From: Candidatus Latescibacterota bacterium
GTDB lineage: Bacteria > Latescibacterota > UBA2968 > UBA8231
Assembly (NCBI GenBank): GCA_009691525.1
Contig: SICG01000003.1
Span: 1 to 60,631, forward strand
Length of the DNA: 60,631 nucleotides
Direction of reading: 5' to 3'
The position numbers and the translations under genes were made by a program. The notes beneath the pieces were generated by a model, which had not been told where the DNA came from, searched no databases, and was given only the letters and a program-made list of their open reading frames with translations. This document shows, one piece after another, positions 48,215 through 57,869 of the stretch (within the stretch, counting starts at the first letter, position 1; every line of letters begins with the position of its first letter).

Positions 48215-49084
48215 ATGAAAAGTGCGGTTGCCCGGCTGGTGCTCTGTTGGGGACTGGCCTTCGGGGCTGCCGGATGCGGCAAGCTGGAGATGGACAGCAG
48301 TTGGCGGACCCGGGAGATCACCGTCGATGGCGGGGATACGGAATGGCAGGGGGTGCTGACCTATGTAGCCAAGGGCAATACCATCGTCAGTCTGCTCAAC
48401 GACGAGGAGTTCCTGTATCTCCGCCTCGCCTCGGCCGACCGGGTCACCCAGGCCCAGGTGATGAGGCTCGGCTTCACGGTGTGGTTCGATGTCAGCGGGG
48501 GAAAACGGAGGACCTTTGGCATCCACTTTCCGAATGGGACAGGAGGCGGGGGCCGGCTCTTTGCTGCCGGCGAGGAGGATGAGGAGCAGGAGTTCGGCCG
48601 TGCGGAGCGGATGGAGCGGGAGCCCAAGGAGCCGCCGCCGGCCATCGCGCTGGGCCAGATGGAGATCATCGGGCCTGGCAAGAGCGAACGCCATCAGATG
48701 AAAGACACCGATGCCCAAGGCATTGACCTCAAGGTGGTGCAGGCCGAGAGCCGACTGGTCTACGAGTTGAAGATTCCCCTCGTGCGCGATGAGGCTCATC
48801 CCTATGGCATCGGCGCCCAGCCTGGCCAACCCTTCAGTGTTGCCTTTGAAACGAGTCTGCCGGACCGGGGGGCGATGAGGAACCGGAGGGGAGACGGTGG
48901 GCGGATGCCAGGAGGACCGGGCGGCGGCATGGGACCGGAGGGCCTGGGCAGAGGGGATGGTGGTATGGGTGGCGGCATGATGCCGAGTGGTGGAAGAAGG
49001 CGGCCCTCAAGTGGAGCGCAGCCCCAGCCACTGCAGCTTTGGGTCACGGTCAGGCTGGCGACGGGGGCAGATCACCAACCATAG
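48215..49084 (+). CDS. Putative lipoprotein with Gly/Met-rich tail
   Basis: AAGC lipobox; ITVDG...W, FLYL, YELKIPL (DOMON/CBM9-like); AAGGAG RBS. Confidence 0.7.
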   Translation: MKSAVARLVLCWGLAFGAAGCGKLEMDSSWRTREITVDGGDTEWQGVLTYVAKGNTIVSLLNDEEFLYLRLASADRVTQAQVMRLGFTVWFDVSGGKRRTFGIHFPNGTGGGGRLFAAGEEDEEQEFGRAERMEREPKEPPPAIALGQMEIIGPGKSERHQMKDTDAQGIDLKVVQAESRLVYELKIPLVRDEAHPYGIGAQPGQPFSVAFETSLPDRGAMRNRRGDGGRMPGGPGGGMGPEGLGRGDGGMGGGMMPSGGRRRPSSGAQPQPLQLWVTVRLATGADHQP

Positions 49085-49142
49085 CCGCCTGCTTTTCCTC
49101 CTGTATCATGCGTTGAAGGATCAGGGGCGCTGCCTTTAAACT

Positions 49143-49305
49143 TTGGTCCGCCCTCTTTCCCCTGCCCTCAAGCCTACCCCTTTTCGTCCCGGATACCTGG
49201 CTGCCCTGGCTGGGGTGCTGATCGCTGCGCTGGGCGGCTTTGCCTGGTACGAGTTGCACACCTCCCGCAAGAACACCCTCGAGACCCTTGAACACAGCTC
49301 GGCAC
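49143..49305 (+). pseudogene. N-terminal fragment of a membrane protein (sensor kinase-like)
   Basis: TM helix then WYELHTSRKNTLETLEHS; runs into an opposite-strand gene fragment. Confidence 0.35.
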
Positions 49306-49310
49306 AGCCC

Positions 49311-49637
49311 CTATCCTCGCTCTGGCCGCATTCGGCATTCAGGTCGTTGACCCCGTCCCCGTCGCGGTCGACAAACAGATCGTTGATCCCGTCCTGATTC
49401 TGGTCGGCAAAAGCAAAGCGGTGGGGGTAGGGCTTGCCGCTGACGTCGTCCCGACCATCGCCTTCGGCGTCGCGGAACCGGTCGTTGATGCCATCGCGAT
49501 TGGCGTCGACAAAGCCGAGGAACACCTCTTTTTTGTGAGAGGCGTCCTGCGGATCGGCGGGGCGGGGAGGCTGCCGGCTGGGTTAGAGCTGGGGAGGCCA
49601 AGGCCAACAGCGCCATCAGCACTCCGCAAAATCTCAT
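49311..49637 (-). pseudogene. Secreted DxNxDG-repeat (Ca-binding-like) protein, frameshifted and truncated
   Basis: GAGGAGG + MRFCGVLM signal; another frame has DANRDGIND, DAEGDGRDD, DQNQDGIND, DRDGDGVND. Confidence 0.55.
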
Positions 49638-49832
49638 GGCGCCACCTCCTCGATGTATGACCAGTGGTCGAGATGGGGCAAAAGGGGTGCCAGCCGGGAG
49701 AACGCAGGGCGACAGGCCGGCTAACATCCCAAAACTAATACGGTTCCCGGTTTCATCAAAGGAATACCGGTCTGCTCGTGCTCGACTAAAAAGTCGAAGA
49801 GAGGCGTGTGATTCGACCAAATGGGCGCGCAC

Positions 49833-49866
49833 AAAAAAACCGGCGGGGATCTGAATCCCGCCGGTT
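49833..49866 (-). terminator. Rho-independent terminator after ABC ATPase gene
   Basis: CCGGCGGGAT/ATCCCCGCCGG stem followed by T7 on minus strand. Confidence 0.8.
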
Positions 49867-49894
49867 GTGCTTTCGTTTCTGCTTCCTGTCTTGT

Positions 49895-50656
49895 CTAGTG
49901 CTCTTCCCCGGCCACCTGAACCACTTCGATGTCCAGGTCTTTGCGCAGGGCGACGCGTTCTATCTGGCCGTCCTTGATCCACACCACCCGGTCCGAGATA
50001 CTGAGCATCTTGTGGTCGTGGGTGGCCGAGATGATGGTCACCCCGGAGGTCTCATTCATCTCCTTGAGCAGCTCGATGATCTCGGTGCCGGTGCGCAGAT
50101 CCAGGTTGGCGGTGGGCTCGTCGGCCAGCACCACGGCCGGATCGTTGGCCAGGGCCCGGGCCACGGCCACGCGCTGTTGCTGGCCACCCGAAAGCTCGTA
50201 GGGCTTGTGGGAGTGCCGATCCCCTAGGCCTACCTTCTGGAGCAGTACCATGCCTTTGTCGCGCGACTCGTCGCTGGTCAGGCCGGCAAAAACCATGGGC
50301 AGGGTGACGTTCTCCAGAGCGGTCATCACCGGGATCAAGTTGAAGGACTGGAAGATGTAGCCGATCTTGCGGCAGCGCAGCCAGGCCAGCTCGTAGGCGT
50401 CGAGCTGGGCCACGTCCACTTCATCGATGTAGACCTTGCCCTCGGATGGTTTGTCCAGGCCGCCGACCATGTTGAACAAGGTGCTCTTGCCCGAGCCCGA
50501 GGGCCCCATGAGCGAGAGGTACTCGCCGGTGTAAATTTCCAGATCTACCCCGCGCAGGGCGTGGACTTCGGTATTGCCCATGCGGTAGATCTTCTTGACT
50601 TGCTGGGTGCGCACCACGGTGCGCTGTTCTTCGGCCTGGGCCTTTTCTTCCGCCAT
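49895..50656 (-). CDS. ABC ATPase, LolD/MacB-like
   Basis: GPSGSGKST, FQSFNL, LSGGQQQR, ADEPT, ATHD. Confidence 0.92.
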   Translation of the reverse strand: MAEEKAQAEEQRTVVRTQQVKKIYRMGNTEVHALRGVDLEIYTGEYLSLMGPSGSGKSTLFNMVGGLDKPSEGKVYIDEVDVAQLDAYELAWLRCRKIGYIFQSFNLIPVMTALENVTLPMVFAGLTSDESRDKGMVLLQKVGLGDRHSHKPYELSGGQQQRVAVARALANDPAVVLADEPTANLDLRTGTEIIELLKEMNETSGVTIISATHDHKMLSISDRVVWIKDGQIERVALRKDLDIEVVQVAGEEH

Positions 50657-50670
50657 CTCCTCCGCTCCTC

Positions 50671-51378
50671 TCAGGTATCCGAACGCATGGCTTCGACGGG
50701 CTCCATTTTGGCCGCCTTGTACGCCGGCAGCATGGCCCCCACCAGCGAGAGCAGGGTGCCGGCCACCAGCGAGGTCAACATCGACTGCAAGATTTCCCCC
50801 ACCGGGAAGTAGGTGAACACGTAGTTGCCATAAGCCAGCAGGGTTAGGCCCAGGGTCATCAACAGGCCGACGACAATGCCGATGCTGGTGCCGACCACGC
50901 CCTGGAAGGTGGATTCGAGCAGGAAGAGCTTGATGATGAAGGAATCCAGGGCGCCCAGGCACTTCATGGTGCCGATCTCGCGAAAGCGCTCAGTCACCGA
51001 CATGAGCATGGCGTTGGCGATGCCCACCACACACACCAGCAGGGACAGGCCGATGAGCCAGGTCTGCTTGGAGCGCTCCTCTTGGGCCTGAGCCTGGGCT
51101 TCGGCCGAGGACCGGCCTCCCTCGGTAGAACCGGTTTCGATGCCGTTCTTCTGGAGCAGGAGGTTGATCTCGCTCTTGTTGGCCTCCTTGAGGCTGCCGA
51201 TCAGGGCATTGCTGCTCCACACGGACATCAGAAAGGCGATGGCCAGGATGATGCCGCTGGTGGTGATCAGGGAGCGGCCGAAGCGGATTTTCAGGCTCCG
51301 GATGCTGATCTCCACGGCCTTGCTCATGGGCAGGACGATCTCTCGGCCACCTGCTACCTGTAGTGGCTGTTCACTCAT
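50671..51378 (-). CDS. Short FtsX-like ABC permease
   Basis: GIANAMLMSVTERFREIGTMKCLGA, PAYKAAKMEPVEAMR. Confidence 0.88.
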   Translation of the reverse strand: MSEQPLQVAGGREIVLPMSKAVEISIRSLKIRFGRSLITTSGIILAIAFLMSVWSSNALIGSLKEANKSEINLLLQKNGIETGSTEGGRSSAEAQAQAQEERSKQTWLIGLSLLVCVVGIANAMLMSVTERFREIGTMKCLGALDSFIIKLFLLESTFQGVVGTSIGIVVGLLMTLGLTLLAYGNYVFTYFPVGEILQSMLTSLVAGTLLSLVGAMLPAYKAAKMEPVEAMRSDT

Positions 51379-51451
51379 CTTTTATCCTCCGCAGCGGGCG
51401 CTGGTGCCGCGCGCGCCCAAAAACTAACAAAATATACCCCCCCAGGTCAAC

Positions 51452-53236
51452 TTAGGGATTGGTGTGGGCCAGGCGCAGGGCGTCGGCTCGGGCAAAGAGC
51501 CTGAGGGCCTGTTCCACTTCTTCGTCGCTTTCCACCAGGACCCGGTAGCGCTCTTCGTCCCCCCACAGACCGCGGGCAAATTCAGCTTTTAATTCGCCCG
51601 CAAGAAACTGCCGGTGGGCCGCATAGGTGCTGTCCTCCACCGAGATCTTTTTCTTTTCCCTGAGGAAGGTGAGAAATTCGGCCAGGGCCTGACCAGAGAC
51701 CTGGTAGTGGCCGAGGAAGTCCTCGAAGCGGGCCGGCCAGTCGTGGTGGCGGCCCACCCAGCCGCTGCTGAAATCGAAGACCGCCCCCTCGGTGAGCACG
51801 TCTTCGGCAAAGCTGGACAGCGGCGTGGTTTTGAGGAACACGTCCGGGGTGATGCCGCCCCCCCCGTACACGGACCGGCTCTGGGCGGTGTGGAAGATCT
51901 GGGCGTCGGTGTGCAGACTGTCCACGGCATTTTCGTCCAGCGTGTCCAGGCCCTCTTCGATGTAGGCTGCCACATCCTTGGTGTAGGGGCGTTGGATCAG
52001 CCGGCCCAGCGGGGTGAAATAGCGCGCTACGGTCAACAGCAGCAGCCCGTTGTTGGAGAGGGGAAATTGCTCCTGCACCAGTCCTTTGCCAAAGCTGGTC
52101 TGACCCACGATCAAGCCCAGATCAAGGTCTTGGATGGCGCCGGCAACGATCTCGGAGGCGCTGGCGCTGCCGTGGTCGATCATTACCACCAGGGAGAGGG
52201 GCTTGTCCTTCAGGGGGTTCTGGTCCTGGTAGTCGAGGCGCGATCCGGTTTCGCGGCCCTCGGTGTAGACGATCAACTGGCCCCGGTCGAGGAAATAGTC
52301 GGCCACCTCCACTGCCTGGGAGAGGAACCCCCCGCCATTGCCCCGCAGGTCCAGCACCAGTCGCTCCATGCCCTGGGCTTTGAGCTGGTTCAGGGCCTGA
52401 CCCAGTTCCTCGCCGGTCTGCTCGGCAAAGCGGGTGATGCGGATATAACCAGCCCCTTCGCCCAGCATAAAGGCATAGGGCACACTGTGTACCGGGATGC
52501 GGTCGCGGGTCAAGGTGATTTCGAGTTGATCGTCGGTGCCGGGCCGGGCCACGCTCACCCGCACCTGGGTGTCGCGGGGGCCGCGCAGTTTCTGCATCAC
52601 TTGGTCGGCGGTGATGCCCTCGGTGGAGATCCCATCGATGGCCGTGATGTGGTCGCCGGCCCGCAGCTTTCCATAAGAGGGAGAACCCTCGATGGGGGAG
52701 ATGACCACCAGTTGGCCCTGGTGGATGTCGAAGTAGATGCCGATGCCCTCGAAGTGGGCCTGGAAACGCTCCACCATCTCCTCGGACTCCTGGGGGTCGA
52801 GGTAGCTGGAGTGAGGGTCGAGGGCGATTAGCATGCCCCCGACTGCAGCGCGGGCCAGCGAGTCGGTCGGGTAGGGCATCTGGCGACTGTGGCTCAATTG
52901 ATCGAGGGTGTGGGCCAGCAACTCCAACTGGCGGCGGTTGCTCAGTGGGGCGTGTACTCGCAACAAGCTATCCACCTCGGCAAGGGCGCTGGAGTCCTGG
53001 ATCCCCTCTTCTCCCTGGGCCACGGCCTCGACCATGCCATCGACGGCGCCTTCGATGACCAGCAGGCTGTCCACGGGCTCTACGTAGTAGCGGTGGATCT
53101 TATCGCGCACCTCGGCGATCAGCCTCAGCTCCGGGCGCTCCTCGCCTGCAGACCCACGCTCGTGGTGGGATTCCACCAGTCCGAGGATGGCCAGGACCGC
53201 GCAGCCGGCGATAATTAGGCGTTTAAGGGGTGACAT
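51452..53236 (-). CDS. S41 C-terminal processing protease with PDZ domain
   Basis: LDPHS, GIG, DLRGNGGG, SASASEIVAG, FGKG, GGITPD. Confidence 0.92.
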   Translation of the reverse strand: MSPLKRLIIAGCAVLAILGLVESHHERGSAGEERPELRLIAEVRDKIHRYYVEPVDSLLVIEGAVDGMVEAVAQGEEGIQDSSALAEVDSLLRVHAPLSNRRQLELLAHTLDQLSHSRQMPYPTDSLARAAVGGMLIALDPHSSYLDPQESEEMVERFQAHFEGIGIYFDIHQGQLVVISPIEGSPSYGKLRAGDHITAIDGISTEGITADQVMQKLRGPRDTQVRVSVARPGTDDQLEITLTRDRIPVHSVPYAFMLGEGAGYIRITRFAEQTGEELGQALNQLKAQGMERLVLDLRGNGGGFLSQAVEVADYFLDRGQLIVYTEGRETGSRLDYQDQNPLKDKPLSLVVMIDHGSASASEIVAGAIQDLDLGLIVGQTSFGKGLVQEQFPLSNNGLLLLTVARYFTPLGRLIQRPYTKDVAAYIEEGLDTLDENAVDSLHTDAQIFHTAQSRSVYGGGGITPDVFLKTTPLSSFAEDVLTEGAVFDFSSGWVGRHHDWPARFEDFLGHYQVSGQALAEFLTFLREKKKISVEDSTYAAHRQFLAGELKAEFARGLWGDEERYRVLVESDEEVEQALRLFARADALRLAHTNP

Positions 53237-53306
53237 GAGGCGTCTTCCACCAGAAAGCCAGAACATACACCCAAAGACCAGTTCCCGGCAAGTAGTATGC
53301 CGGTCC

Positions 53307-54980
53307 CTAGCGCCGGGTGGAGATCTCGATCAGGGGCAGTTCGGCAGGGGCGCCGGGGGCTTGCCTGGCGACCAGTTCGACAAAAGACCCGGGCAACATG
53401 TGGATGCGCAGCCGGCGCCGCCGCCAGCCCTGCCGGGCCTGGGGCAGGGCATGGGCCAGGGTACTTTCGGTGAAGACCAGCTCACTGATCTCGTAGTCCC
53501 GCAGCAGCTGGGGCAATTCCTCCACCAGGCCCAGCACCTGTTTGCCGGCCAGGCGCTGGCCGCGCCATTCCGGGCTCAATCCCACCAGCCCCACCACCTC
53601 CCACTCCGGATGGGTTTTCAAGTATTCCAGAAACTGGACCACCACTGGTTCGGTGCCCACCACCAACAACCGCCGCCGACCCAGGCGGCGGGCTTGATCC
53701 AGGTGCCCGGCGGCCAAACGCCAGCCGGCCACCAGGGCGATGTTGAAGAGCCAGGCAGCCCCGGCGGCCAGTCGCGAAAAGTTGTAGGCCTTAAAGAAAA
53801 AGACCACCGCCACTACCCCGGCAAAACCCACGGTCACCGCCCCGGCAGCGCGGGTGGCGGAGAGGCGATGGCGGTCGTACAGACCCAGCAGGTAGAAGGA
53901 CAGCAGCCAGGTAAAGGCCGAGGCGGCGTAGACCACCAACCACTGTAGGTCGGTATAGGGCGGCGGGGTGAGCCAGCGGGTGGGATGCACCCCGATGCCC
54001 AACTGGTTGCAGAGGTTTTCTAGAGTGCGGATGAGCGGGGTGAGGTGGGAGTGGTACCGCAGGGCGATGCCCAGCTTGAGCCCGGTCAGCACCAACACGC
54101 CGTCCAGCGCCGGTAGGGCCAGGCGCCGGCCCACGCGCACCCCCAGGGAGCCCAGACCGTAGAGGACGATGCCCACGTGTAAGAGCCAAAGCGGAAAGAA
54201 GCGGTAGCGCTGCTGCATGTGTTTGCCTACAAAGATGGACATGGCCTCGTAGAAGCGGTAGCGCACCCGCATCTGCTCGGCCCGGCCGCTCTCGCCCTTG
54301 AAGTGGACGATGGCGGTGTGGGGTACATAGTAGATTGCCCAGCCGGCCTGGCGCAGGCGGTAACACCAGTCCAGATCCTCCCCGTACATGAAGTAGTCCT
54401 CGTCCAGCGGGCCCACCTGGTCCATGGCGGCCTTGCGCACCATCATACACGAGCCGGAGAGGGCGTCCACCTCGTTGGTCTGTTCCGGGTCGAGATAGGT
54501 GAGGTTGTAGGCGGCCAGGCGTCGGCTGCGGGGGAAGAGGCGGCTGAGTCCCGAGACCTTGCAGAAGGCGGCCATCGGGGTGGGGAAGCCGCGGCGGCAG
54601 GCCAGTTGCAGGGTGCCGTCCGGGTTGAGGATCTTGCAGCCCACGGCCCCGGCATCGGGATGGGCGTCGAGGAAGTCGACCAGGCAACGCAGGGTGTCGC
54701 GGCGCACCACCGTGTCGGTGTTGAGCAACAGGACGTGACGGCCCTGCGCCTGCCGCAGGGCCAGGTTGTTGCCGCCGGCAAAACCCAGGTTGCGGGGGCT
54801 GCGGATTAGCCGGACCTGGGGAAATTTCTCGGCCACCAAATCGGCGCTGCCGTCGCGCGAGGCGTTGTCCACCACAAAGACCTCGGTCTGCAGGCCGGCG
54901 GCTGCTTCCAGGGCGGTGCGCAGCGCTTGTTCCAGCAGATCGCGGGTGTTGTAGCTGACCAGCACCACGCTCAGATCCAT
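53307..54980 (-). CDS. GT2 glycosyltransferase fused to TM region and Rossmann-like C-domain
   Basis: DNASRDGS, LLNTD, FMYGEDLDW; several TMs; RLLVVG...VVGLV. Confidence 0.85.
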   Translation of the reverse strand: MDLSVVLVSYNTRDLLEQALRTALEAAAGLQTEVFVVDNASRDGSADLVAEKFPQVRLIRSPRNLGFAGGNNLALRQAQGRHVLLLNTDTVVRRDTLRCLVDFLDAHPDAGAVGCKILNPDGTLQLACRRGFPTPMAAFCKVSGLSRLFPRSRRLAAYNLTYLDPEQTNEVDALSGSCMMVRKAAMDQVGPLDEDYFMYGEDLDWCYRLRQAGWAIYYVPHTAIVHFKGESGRAEQMRVRYRFYEAMSIFVGKHMQQRYRFFPLWLLHVGIVLYGLGSLGVRVGRRLALPALDGVLVLTGLKLGIALRYHSHLTPLIRTLENLCNQLGIGVHPTRWLTPPPYTDLQWLVVYAASAFTWLLSFYLLGLYDRHRLSATRAAGAVTVGFAGVVAVVFFFKAYNFSRLAAGAAWLFNIALVAGWRLAAGHLDQARRLGRRRLLVVGTEPVVVQFLEYLKTHPEWEVVGLVGLSPEWRGQRLAGKQVLGLVEELPQLLRDYEISELVFTESTLAHALPQARQGWRRRRLRIHMLPGSFVELVARQAPGAPAELPLIEISTRR

Positions 54981-55708
54981 CAGACCTTGTCCCCGGACCG
55001 GCGTTTCCTGAACAAACGGTAGAAGCTGAAGTAGAGGAGTTGCTTGGCAAAAAGCAGGTGTTCGCGCAGGTTGAGTTTGCTGCTGCTGAACTGGCGGTTG
55101 CGGAAGACAAAGGGCACCGACATGTGCCGACTCCAGTGCCCCTTGACCAGGATCTCGAGGAAGATCTTGTACCCAGAGGAGGTGAGCTGCAACCCTTCGA
55201 TCACCTCGCGGCGCAAAAAGAAATACCCGGCGAGCGGGTCCTCAGCCCCGGTCAGCAGCCGGGCAGCCCCCACTCCCACCTTTGAGATGAGCTTGCGGTG
55301 CCAGGCCCAGTCTTCGACGATGCTGGTCTCGCCGAAGCGGCTGCCAAAGGTCAGGTCGTATTCGCGCAGGCCGCGGATCAGCTGGGGCAGGATGGCCGGA
55401 TCGTGGCTCAGATCGGCGTCGATCACCCCCAGGAGGGAACGGTCGGAGCGGACAAAGCCGGCCATCACCGCCGAGCCCAGGCCCAGCTTGCCGGGACGGT
55501 GTACCACTTTTACCGGATATTGGGCGGCCAGGGCCTCGGCGGCCTGGCCAGTGCCGTCGGGGGAATTGTCGTCCACCACGATCAACTCCAGGTCGATGTC
55601 GGGAAATTTTTCCAGGACCTGGAAGATCTCCTGGGCCAGCAGGGCGATATTCTCGCACTCGTTGTAGGTGGGGGTGATCAGCGAGACCCGCAAAGGCGTA
55701 TCGGTCAT
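54980..55708 (-). CDS. Polyprenol monophosphomannose synthase-like GT2
   Basis: PTYNE, DDNSPDGT, DADLSHDP, GYKI. Confidence 0.88.
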   Translation of the reverse strand: MTDTPLRVSLITPTYNECENIALLAQEIFQVLEKFPDIDLELIVVDDNSPDGTGQAAEALAAQYPVKVVHRPGKLGLGSAVMAGFVRSDRSLLGVIDADLSHDPAILPQLIRGLREYDLTFGSRFGETSIVEDWAWHRKLISKVGVGAARLLTGAEDPLAGYFFLRREVIEGLQLTSSGYKIFLEILVKGHWSRHMSVPFVFRNRQFSSSKLNLREHLLFAKQLLYFSFYRLFRKRRSGDKV

Positions 55709-55724
55709 GACCCGGACAGCCTGC

Positions 55725-56633
55725 TCAAAAAAGGTTGGGAAAATCGCGGCGGAAATTTTCCTGGTCTGCCAGCCGTTCCAGGCCCTGGGATAGGCTCAGC
55801 GGGGTGTGGCCCAGCAGGGATTCGAGCGCTTGGGTGCGCAGCCCCGAGCGCAGCGGGCGGGGTGCTTTCTGACCGGCGGTAGCGGTGGAGATGGGCTGCA
55901 CCAGGCCGGAGTCCAGGCCAAAGAAGCGGGCCAGCTCCTGCGTCAGCTGATAGCGGGTCAGGTAGGTGGCCCCGCCCAGGTGGAAAAGACCCTGGACCTG
56001 GCGCCGGCACAACTCCACTAGCACCTGGGCCAGGTCGTGGACGTGGGTGGGATTGCCCCACTGGTCGTCCACCATCTTCAATTGGTCGCCCCGGGCCAGC
56101 GCTTCCAGGGGCCAGGTCACCAGGTTGCGCCGGGTCTCCGGGAGGTACCCATAGAGCCACAAGGTGCGCAGCACCAGCCCTTTGAGACCCTCCTGTAGCA
56201 CCACCCCTTCGCTCTGCAGCTTGATCGCGCCATAGTAAGAGAGCGGGTTGGTCGGGTCCTGCTCGCTATAGGGGCCATTCTGGCCGTCGAAGACATAGTC
56301 GGTGGAGAGCTGGACCAGGCCCAGGTTCAGTTGCCGGCAGGCCGAGGCCAAATGGCGGACAATGTCCAAGTTGATCTGCAGGGCCAGTGGTCGATCGGAT
56401 TCGCAGCGATCCACATCGGTGAGGGCTGCGGTGTGGATAACCCAGTCGGGCCTCACCTTTTCCAGCAGGGCAAGAACTGCCCGAGGATCGGTCAGTTCGA
56501 CCGGGTGGTACGCCCCTTTGCCCACCGGGGTTTCCCCACGGCCGCAGCCGATCATCTCGGCGTCAAAGTCCGGCTCCAGCAGGCTGCGCCCCAGGAGGCC
56601 GTGGGCGCCGGTGACCAGTAATTTCATACCCAT
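55725..56633 (-). CDS. rfbD: dTDP-4-dehydrorhamnose reductase family
   Basis: TGAHGLLG, STDYVFDG, YGAIK, DQWGNPT, APRP. Confidence 0.88.
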   Translation of the reverse strand: MGMKLLVTGAHGLLGRSLLEPDFDAEMIGCGRGETPVGKGAYHPVELTDPRAVLALLEKVRPDWVIHTAALTDVDRCESDRPLALQINLDIVRHLASACRQLNLGLVQLSTDYVFDGQNGPYSEQDPTNPLSYYGAIKLQSEGVVLQEGLKGLVLRTLWLYGYLPETRRNLVTWPLEALARGDQLKMVDDQWGNPTHVHDLAQVLVELCRRQVQGLFHLGGATYLTRYQLTQELARFFGLDSGLVQPISTATAGQKAPRPLRSGLRTQALESLLGHTPLSLSQGLERLADQENFRRDFPNLF

Positions 56634-56860
56634 GCTTACAAGGGGAAGGCGGAAGGGGTAAGTCTTTTGTATAGTACAGACTTGGAGCTAAGGCACGCCG
56701 TGGCGTGGTTAATCTAACCAATGGGGAGGGACCCGGTCAAGCACAGGGAGGGGCTCGGGTGTTGAGCCGGGGGTGGATGTAGTACCTTCCGGGTGGTTTT
56801 TGCCAAAGGGGTCATCATGCGGACCGTTTATCGTTCGATGCTGCTGGCGGTTTTGATCTT

Positions 56861-57805
56861 GTGCACCAGTGTGATATCCCGCCCGGCACGGGAAGGGCCG
56901 ACCGCTTTCCCTATACCAGCTTTTCCGAATGGCTCGATCCCGAACCCCTGGACGAGTTGATGGAGGTGCTCGAGGAGGCTGTCGATGATCCCGAGGGCCA
57001 GCGCCAGATGATGCGGGCATATGCCAACCAGCATCCGGCGGTGTTCGAGGTGGCCCGGTGGCTCCTGTGGCACGGCGAAGATCCAGCGTCCGCCATCTAC
57101 CTGCTCTCATCCCTGGGCACGGAGCGCGCTGTTGTCGAGTTGAAGCGTTTTGCCCTGGGCCAGGCCGGCGAGGACGAGGAACGCATGCGCGCCGCCAAGG
57201 AGCTCAATGATCAAGGACAGTTCCCCGAGGGCCAGCCGGTGCGCCTGTGGCACAAGGGAGAGTGGCGGGACTTGCTACTGAAGACCTTTGCGATCACCGA
57301 TGAGCCGGAAGAAATCGAGTACCGCCCGGAGGTCCGCCGATTGCTCGGCGAGGCTGCGGTCGCCGCGCAGGAAAAACGGCTAGACCAGCCAGAGGCGATG
57401 TGTCACCGCATCCTGGAACAGGACCCGGGCTGTCGCATGGCGGACACCGTCCTGGCCAATATCTGCAGCCACCGGGGGGATACGCCGGGGATGGCGCGGC
57501 AGTTCGAAAAGGCCCTGGAAATCGATCCCGACTATGCCACCGCCCGATGTGGATTGGCGCTGCTGTACCTAGAGGCCGGCAAGGTGGAGGAAGCCGAGGA
57601 GTTCATCGCGCCGCTGCTGGGACGCCAGAAATTCGCCCGATCCGAACTCATAGCCTATAACGTCGCCATGGCGCGCATCCAGCTCCACCGGGGGAATGTA
57701 GAAGCCGTCGAGGCGGCGTTGGATGTCCTCTTCGAGCTGGCGCCCGATGACCCTCTGGTCCTGCAATTGGAGCAAACCCTGGGGGGGCACAGGGAAAAAG
57801 GCTGA
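56861..57805 (+). CDS. TPR-containing protein, N-terminus uncertain
   Basis: FEKALEIDPDYATARCGLALLY; no clear RBS or start, possibly truncated. Confidence 0.6.
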   Translation: MHQCDIPPGTGRADRFPYTSFSEWLDPEPLDELMEVLEEAVDDPEGQRQMMRAYANQHPAVFEVARWLLWHGEDPASAIYLLSSLGTERAVVELKRFALGQAGEDEERMRAAKELNDQGQFPEGQPVRLWHKGEWRDLLLKTFAITDEPEEIEYRPEVRRLLGEAAVAAQEKRLDQPEAMCHRILEQDPGCRMADTVLANICSHRGDTPGMARQFEKALEIDPDYATARCGLALLYLEAGKVEEAEEFIAPLLGRQKFARSELIAYNVAMARIQLHRGNVEAVEAALDVLFELAPDDPLVLQLEQTLGGHREKG

Positions 57806-57869
57806 GCACCCAAAGAACGCCGGCGCCGGGAGCTTTTCCCGGTGCCCTATACTCACGCCGGAGGACAAC

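Noticed and set aside
48895-48990. GGC/ATG-rich repeat-like DNA
   Set aside because: Explained by the Gly/Met low-complexity protein tail
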